The notes under the pieces are model-generated. The model saw only the letters and a list, made by a program, of their open reading frames with translations. It ran no database searches and was not told the DNA's origin. Source: an uncultured Planctomycetia bacterium (GTDB lineage Bacteria; Omnitrophota; Gorgyraeia; Tantalellales; Tantalellaceae). From it: a stretch of 64,000 bases of DNA. Location: contig CAYPCX010000002.1 of the NCBI GenBank assembly GCA_964409365.1, forward strand, positions 96,984 to 160,983, in the 5' to 3' direction. Numbering within the stretch: position 1 is the stretch's first letter; each line of letters begins with the position of its first letter. This document shows positions 48,001 through 54,000 of this stretch, one piece after another. The translations under genes and the position numbers were made by a program.

Positions 48001-51000
48001 AGCGGAAGATAGGCGCCGATTACAAGAGCGTGACGGACCTCCGGTTGATGATAGTCGTCGATACCGACGCGAACGTACAAAAAGATTTTAATATGACAAG
48101 TATTGAAAAGGGTTCGCTCGCGGAAGTACTGGTGCAATTCTGCGGCGGAAAGAAGAGCTTTATTAAGGCGGTCACGGACAAGAACCCCATGACCGATGGC
48201 AAGGGCATCTTTGTCTTGTCGGCAAAGACACTGCTTTCCACGTTCTACAATTCGCCTGACAAGCTTGAAGGGTTCAATCTTCTTACCGTGGACGAAGTCG
48301 AAGCCGTACTGCAATCCACGAACCTTACCTACAGCGCGGCTATCAACATGTTCGCGAAACAGAGCGGCGGCGCGCAGAATTTCCTCCTCCAGATGGACGG
48401 CATGACAAAAGAGGCGGCCAGGATGGTCAAGAACGCGTGGGCCGGGGGCGCGGGTTGGAAAGATTTCAATGTGGATAAGAGCACCAGCGAAAGATACCTG
48501 ACGGAAGGGGTTCATAACCAGATTGTGAATAAGCTATTGGGTAGGGCTGACATGCAGGGTGTTATAGCGACTGTCGGGGGCAAGGCTATGGCGGAGATAC
48601 TGCTTACGACTTACCTTAACCGTGCCACTCACATGTTGACCTGTAACCAGCATACCAAGGGTGAGTTCACCATCAATTATAACAAGGACGGCACGGTGAA
48701 GTCTTACACCATGCATGACAGGTCCACCGGGGCTGACATGGAAAATACCCAGTATGGTGACGCGTGGAAGGCCCTGGCCATCCATCACCGCGGCCAGTTA
48801 GAAGGTGAGGCCAAGTTGTCGACCAGCCAGGTGCAGAAGCAGACCGAGCGGGGATTGAACGCGTTCCTGTCTGTGACCAGTCGCAGTGTGAGTATCGGTC
48901 AGGCCCTTGCCCATGTGAACAAGCATTCGGCCAGCGGCGGAGATATCCTTGTAGGCCTTACGGGTACCGTAGCCGGTTGTAAGTCGACTCTGGCCGTCAT
49001 GGGTGTAAACCTGGTCCAGCTCGGCACCAGTACCTGGAACAGGGACGCGGGTTACCGGTTCTATGGTGATCATAGCAGCATGTTATCGGCTGCCGGCAGA
49101 GATATGTTGAGCATGGCAAAACAGAACGCGAACGGAAGAAAACTGGTGGTAGGGGCCTTCGGTACTGTCGATAAGATGTTGGAGGTCGCCAACAAGATGT
49201 CAGGAAAGAAACTGACGACGGCAGACGTGCTGAGGCGCGGATTTCTTGAAGTAAAGGTAGGCGGTCAGAGGATATGCCTTTACACGGACCCGAATGCGTT
49301 CATCGCGCAGAAGAATAAGGTCACCAGTAACAGAAAACGCATGAGGTTCGGTAACGCCATCCATCTTATAGCCCAGCTTGGTACGGGTTCGAACGCCTTT
49401 GAAACGCAATGGGTGGGCTTGGACAAAGCAGAGACAGGGTTTGATCCCCATAAGATAAAGACAGGTAAGAAAGGGGTATATTTTACAAGCGTTGAGATGT
49501 ATACGACCGAAATAGGTACCTCCAGCGCCATGACGCAGCAGGAAGAAAGGATAAACGCTAACGGCAGGGGCGCGGGGAATGTCCACCACTATATAAATGT
49601 AGCTGAAGTAATGGCAGAAAATGCCAACAGGACCCTTTTGAGCAAGGTTGTTGAGCAAACCGGTGGATTCGACAAAGAGATGAACGGTTACAGCAGGTCC
49701 GCCCAGTTGTTCCAGGAGTTCATGGAGAACAATAACAACAACATAGATACCGCCCAGGCGAGAGGTGCAGTCCAGGTATTGCAGCAAACCGAGGATTTTC
49801 GTTTAGGTGAAGTGATGCATACCCTTTATGGTTTGCCGGTGTTAGAGACGATCCCGGCAGGTGCTCGGGATACTGCGATCAACAGGTTCAGCCAGGCTGT
49901 GGAAGAAGCCGGTGGTATTGAAGGTGTAACCGGGGAGGATATGGATAAGATCTCCGAGTGGCTGGGGACGGAGTTCGGCGCTGAAGTCGGGGAAGGTTTC
50001 GCGGAAAGCCTTGGCGGCGCGTCTGAAAGCCTTGGTCTGAGCCCGGTCGAGACGTTCGGCCTGGTCATGGACGCTCATAAGAACCTGGCCGTGTCGGATA
50101 TCATGGGTATGGCGAAGGATGTCAGGGCACAGGCGGACAGTAAGACCATGATACCTCGCGTTACGGCCGGAAGGGAAAGCAGTTCCTTTATCGACAGCGG
50201 GTTGGCCGGTATCGAGTTTGACGGAAGGAATATAGAGACCGAGGTCGAGGTCGCGGGCAAGCGGGAGACCTATAAAGGCAGGGACGCGGTATCCAGGATC
50301 ATCGCCAATGCCTGCGCGTCCAGGGGCATGGACGTCTTTGAGGCGAATGGGACGTCATTTATCGCGGCTGAGCGTACCGGAGCTCTCCTGGGGCACGTGC
50401 AGGTAGGTAACGGTGTCCGGGACGGTATAGTTACCGTTGACGCCGAAGCGGTTTCCGGCCTGGCCGGTGAAGTTATCAGGGCCCTCCTGGAGGACAGGGG
50501 TATCGAACTCGACGCGGGCCAGAAGATGAAGGTTTTGGATATATTGCTGCAGGTAGGCATATCCCACGAGATGAGGCATGAGGCCAGGGATGCCAGCGCC
50601 CATGTCGGCGGCAGCCAGAGAGAGGAACTGATGCTTACGGTAGAGGACGCCGCCATGCTGGCGAACCTCATGCATGATGCCGGTATCGTTGAGGCAAATC
50701 CCGAAGGAGTTGAAACCCTGCGCGCTGTTGTCCCGGCGGCACTGAGAGGTCTGGTCATGCGCGCCGGCGCTGATGAACGAAAGAGCAAGTTCATCCAGGT
50801 CCTGGACAACGTTATGGCCGATAACGCAGTAATGCAGGCGCTCATGACCGGCCAGCTCAGCATAGGCATTACCAACGGCCAGCTTACTCTTGCCGCCGCC
50901 AAAGGCGCGAGCGTGGATATCATAAAAGCCGCGGCCGGGACTATTGTCAACGCGGCGAGCGCCGTGTGCGGCGTGAACAGCCTGGCGGCCGGCATGGACA

Positions 51001-54000
51001 TCAACATCGCCGCGGGGGCCGGAGTGGTCAATGACTTCCAGGCTTTTGATAACATGGTTTCCAGTATAATGGGCGAAGTGCGGGAAGGCGGGAATAATGT
51101 CAACATCGCTTCCGTAGCCGCTAACATAAAGGGAGCTGATATCGACGTGAAGATGGATACCGCGAGCAAAAAGGTCGATAACGTCGCGGTTTCCCGCCTG
51201 GGCGTGAGAATGCAACAGGCGCAGATGGGCAGGACGGTCGATCTGCAGAACGTCCTGGGCAGCGTGTACAATGCCGTCGATAACGTTATCATGACGGGCA
51301 TGGTGACTAACGCCCAGGACATGGTGAACGCGGTATCCGTAGCGAGATCGGTCCTGGGCGCGGAGCTTGGGATGGAAGCTATGAACTGTGACCTCACTGT
51401 CGAGATGCTGGACGGGACCGAGCTTACGGCAAGCCTGGATACAAGGGGCAATGTGATGAGCGCGATGGCCGCCCGGACCCGCGAAGGGGTTCGCGTGAAG
51501 CAGGACCAGCGTGACGGGAAGATAGATATCGATGGAGTGAATGATCTCGTTGTCGCGGCTAACAAGATAGCGGCGCGTTTCGGGCGTGTAGCCGCCGGCC
51601 GCGATCTCGCCAGGGCGGGCTTCGCGTCAATGGCAAAACTGCGTAACATCATCGGCACCGGGAACGCGGCGAATTGCGCCATGACCCTCACCGCTCTGAC
51701 CGGGACGGAAGTGACGCTTGTCACCGACAGGCGCGGCATGTTGACGAGCATGACCGCCATGGCAAGAGGCGTGAGCATGCAGAAGATGAAGATGGACGGC
51801 ATGATGGACCTCGAAGCGCTTAAGAGAGGGGCCAGTATGTTGAACGGCCTCGTTAACGCGGCCGAGACGGCAGGCAGGCGCGGCATGGTGACCCATAGTA
51901 ACCAGCTTGGCCGCGCGGCTATAAGGGCGACGGTCAGCATGATGGAACATATGGGCGCGGAGAACGCGGGTGATTGTACCGTGAAGGTCACGGCTATTAA
52001 CGGCACCGGGGCCATGATAGCCACCAATGAGCGTGCCGGTGTCAGGAGCGTAGGCGCGATCAGAAGCGGCGTGACCATGGAACAGCTGAGCCGTGACGGC
52101 AGGGCGGACAGTAGTGTGATAGACAGCCTCGTAAGCGCCGCGGAAACTCTCGACGCGAGCGGCAAGACGATGACCGGTGTCCAGGGGCTTGTTAACGCGG
52201 CGGAAGCGGCAAGGTCCGGCCTGCGGACGGATATCGGCGCCCAGGCGATGGACTGCATGGTCACGGTCGAGACCCTGAGCGGGACAAAGCTCACCGCGGT
52301 CACGGACATGACGGGTAACGTCACGGATGTGTCGGCGGCCCGCGAAGGAGTGATAGTCAGGCAGGCCCAGATAGAAGGCAGGATAGATGTCCAGAGAGCG
52401 GGAGAATTAGTTAATGCCGCGGAGACGATAAACGCCAGGGGCGCGGTAACGGACAGCCGGCAGCTTGCCGATACCATGAACAAGGCCATGCTGGATCTCA
52501 GGACGAGTGTGGACGGCGTGGTTAACATGGCCAACAGCGCCATTACCCTTACGGCGGCTAACGGCACGGAACTCGTCGGTACGACCGACAGTTTCGGGAA
52601 TGTCGCGAACGTGACCGCGACAAGCGGCATATTACACATGGAACAGATGCAGTTGGGCGGAAGAGTGAATATTGACAGGGTGAACAACATGGTCAATGCC
52701 ATAGAAGCGGTCAGCCCGGATATCAGCGTGACAGAGAGCAGAGAGCTCCCGGCGGCGATGGATAAGGTCATATCATACATGATCACGAGGGGTTTCAGGG
52801 ATATTAAGGATATGGCCAATAGCGCCATCACAATTACCGCTCCCAGCGGCACCGAATTGACGGTCATGACCGAGGAAAGAGGAAGCGAGATCGTGAGGAC
52901 CGGTGTCAGGTCCGGAGCGGTCCGGATAGAGCAGGCGTGGCCTGACGGCATGTTTGACGTTGAAGTAGCCGGTCGTACCGTGGATACCGCGGAAGCTATC
53001 GGCGCCGACGCTGCCCTGACCCGCAGCGATGAGCTCGGAACTGCGCTGGCCGCGGCGTTCTCGCGCTTAGGAACAGGTCTCGGAGTAGGGGAGAACATGG
53101 CAAACACCGTGCTGACCGTCACGGCCGTGAACGGGACCAAAGCCGCGGCGCTGACGGACGATCTGGGGAGGTTCGATAGTGTAGCCGTTTCGAGCGGAAT
53201 GATAAAGATCGAACAGGCCCAGGTCGACAGGAAGGTACGCGTGCCGGGGATAAACGGCCTTGTGAGGGCGATCGAGGCCGATGCCGGGCTTACCAGGATG
53301 GCTGACAGCCGCCAGCTCGGCAGTACGGCCGTTTCGGTCATTTCTAACATGAGGACGGTCCTCGATGGCAAGGAGAACACGGCCAACAGTATCGTGACCG
53401 TCATGGCCCCGAGCGGAACGGGGGTCTCGGTAAGCATGAATAATGACGGTGATATTACCCGCACGTTCGCGACGCGCGGCGGTATAAGAATAGAGCAGGC
53501 GCGGCTTGCGGAACATCTGGACAGCCGGGATGTGGACAGCCTGGTGAATATTGCGGATGCTGCCGGTCTTGCCGGTCCGGTCGCCGACAGTAGCGCGCTT
53601 GCCGAAGTGGCCGCGGTGAAGATAGCGGGCTTAAGAAGCGACATTGGCGCCGGTGAAATGGCCAACCGCACTATCGCTTTTATTGCCGAGAACGGCACGG
53701 AAGCTCAGGTAACCACCGATGATCAGGGCATGGTGGACCGGGTGGCTGCCGGGCACGAAGGGGTTCGCATGGAACAGGCCCGGCCCGGCGTGAGTGTTGA
53801 TAATGAGGCGCTGAACGGTCTTGTCGGCAAAGTGGAAGCGTTGGCCGGGATGAGAGCGGCTGACGCGATCAATGGCGCGCTTGACTTCGCCCGCGAGACA
53901 GGAATTAATACGGAATTAAGCTTTGACCTTGTTATGGATATACGGGTCGAAGCCGCCACAGTTGACAGGGGTCTGGGCCGGTTAGAGGTTATACACGCAA

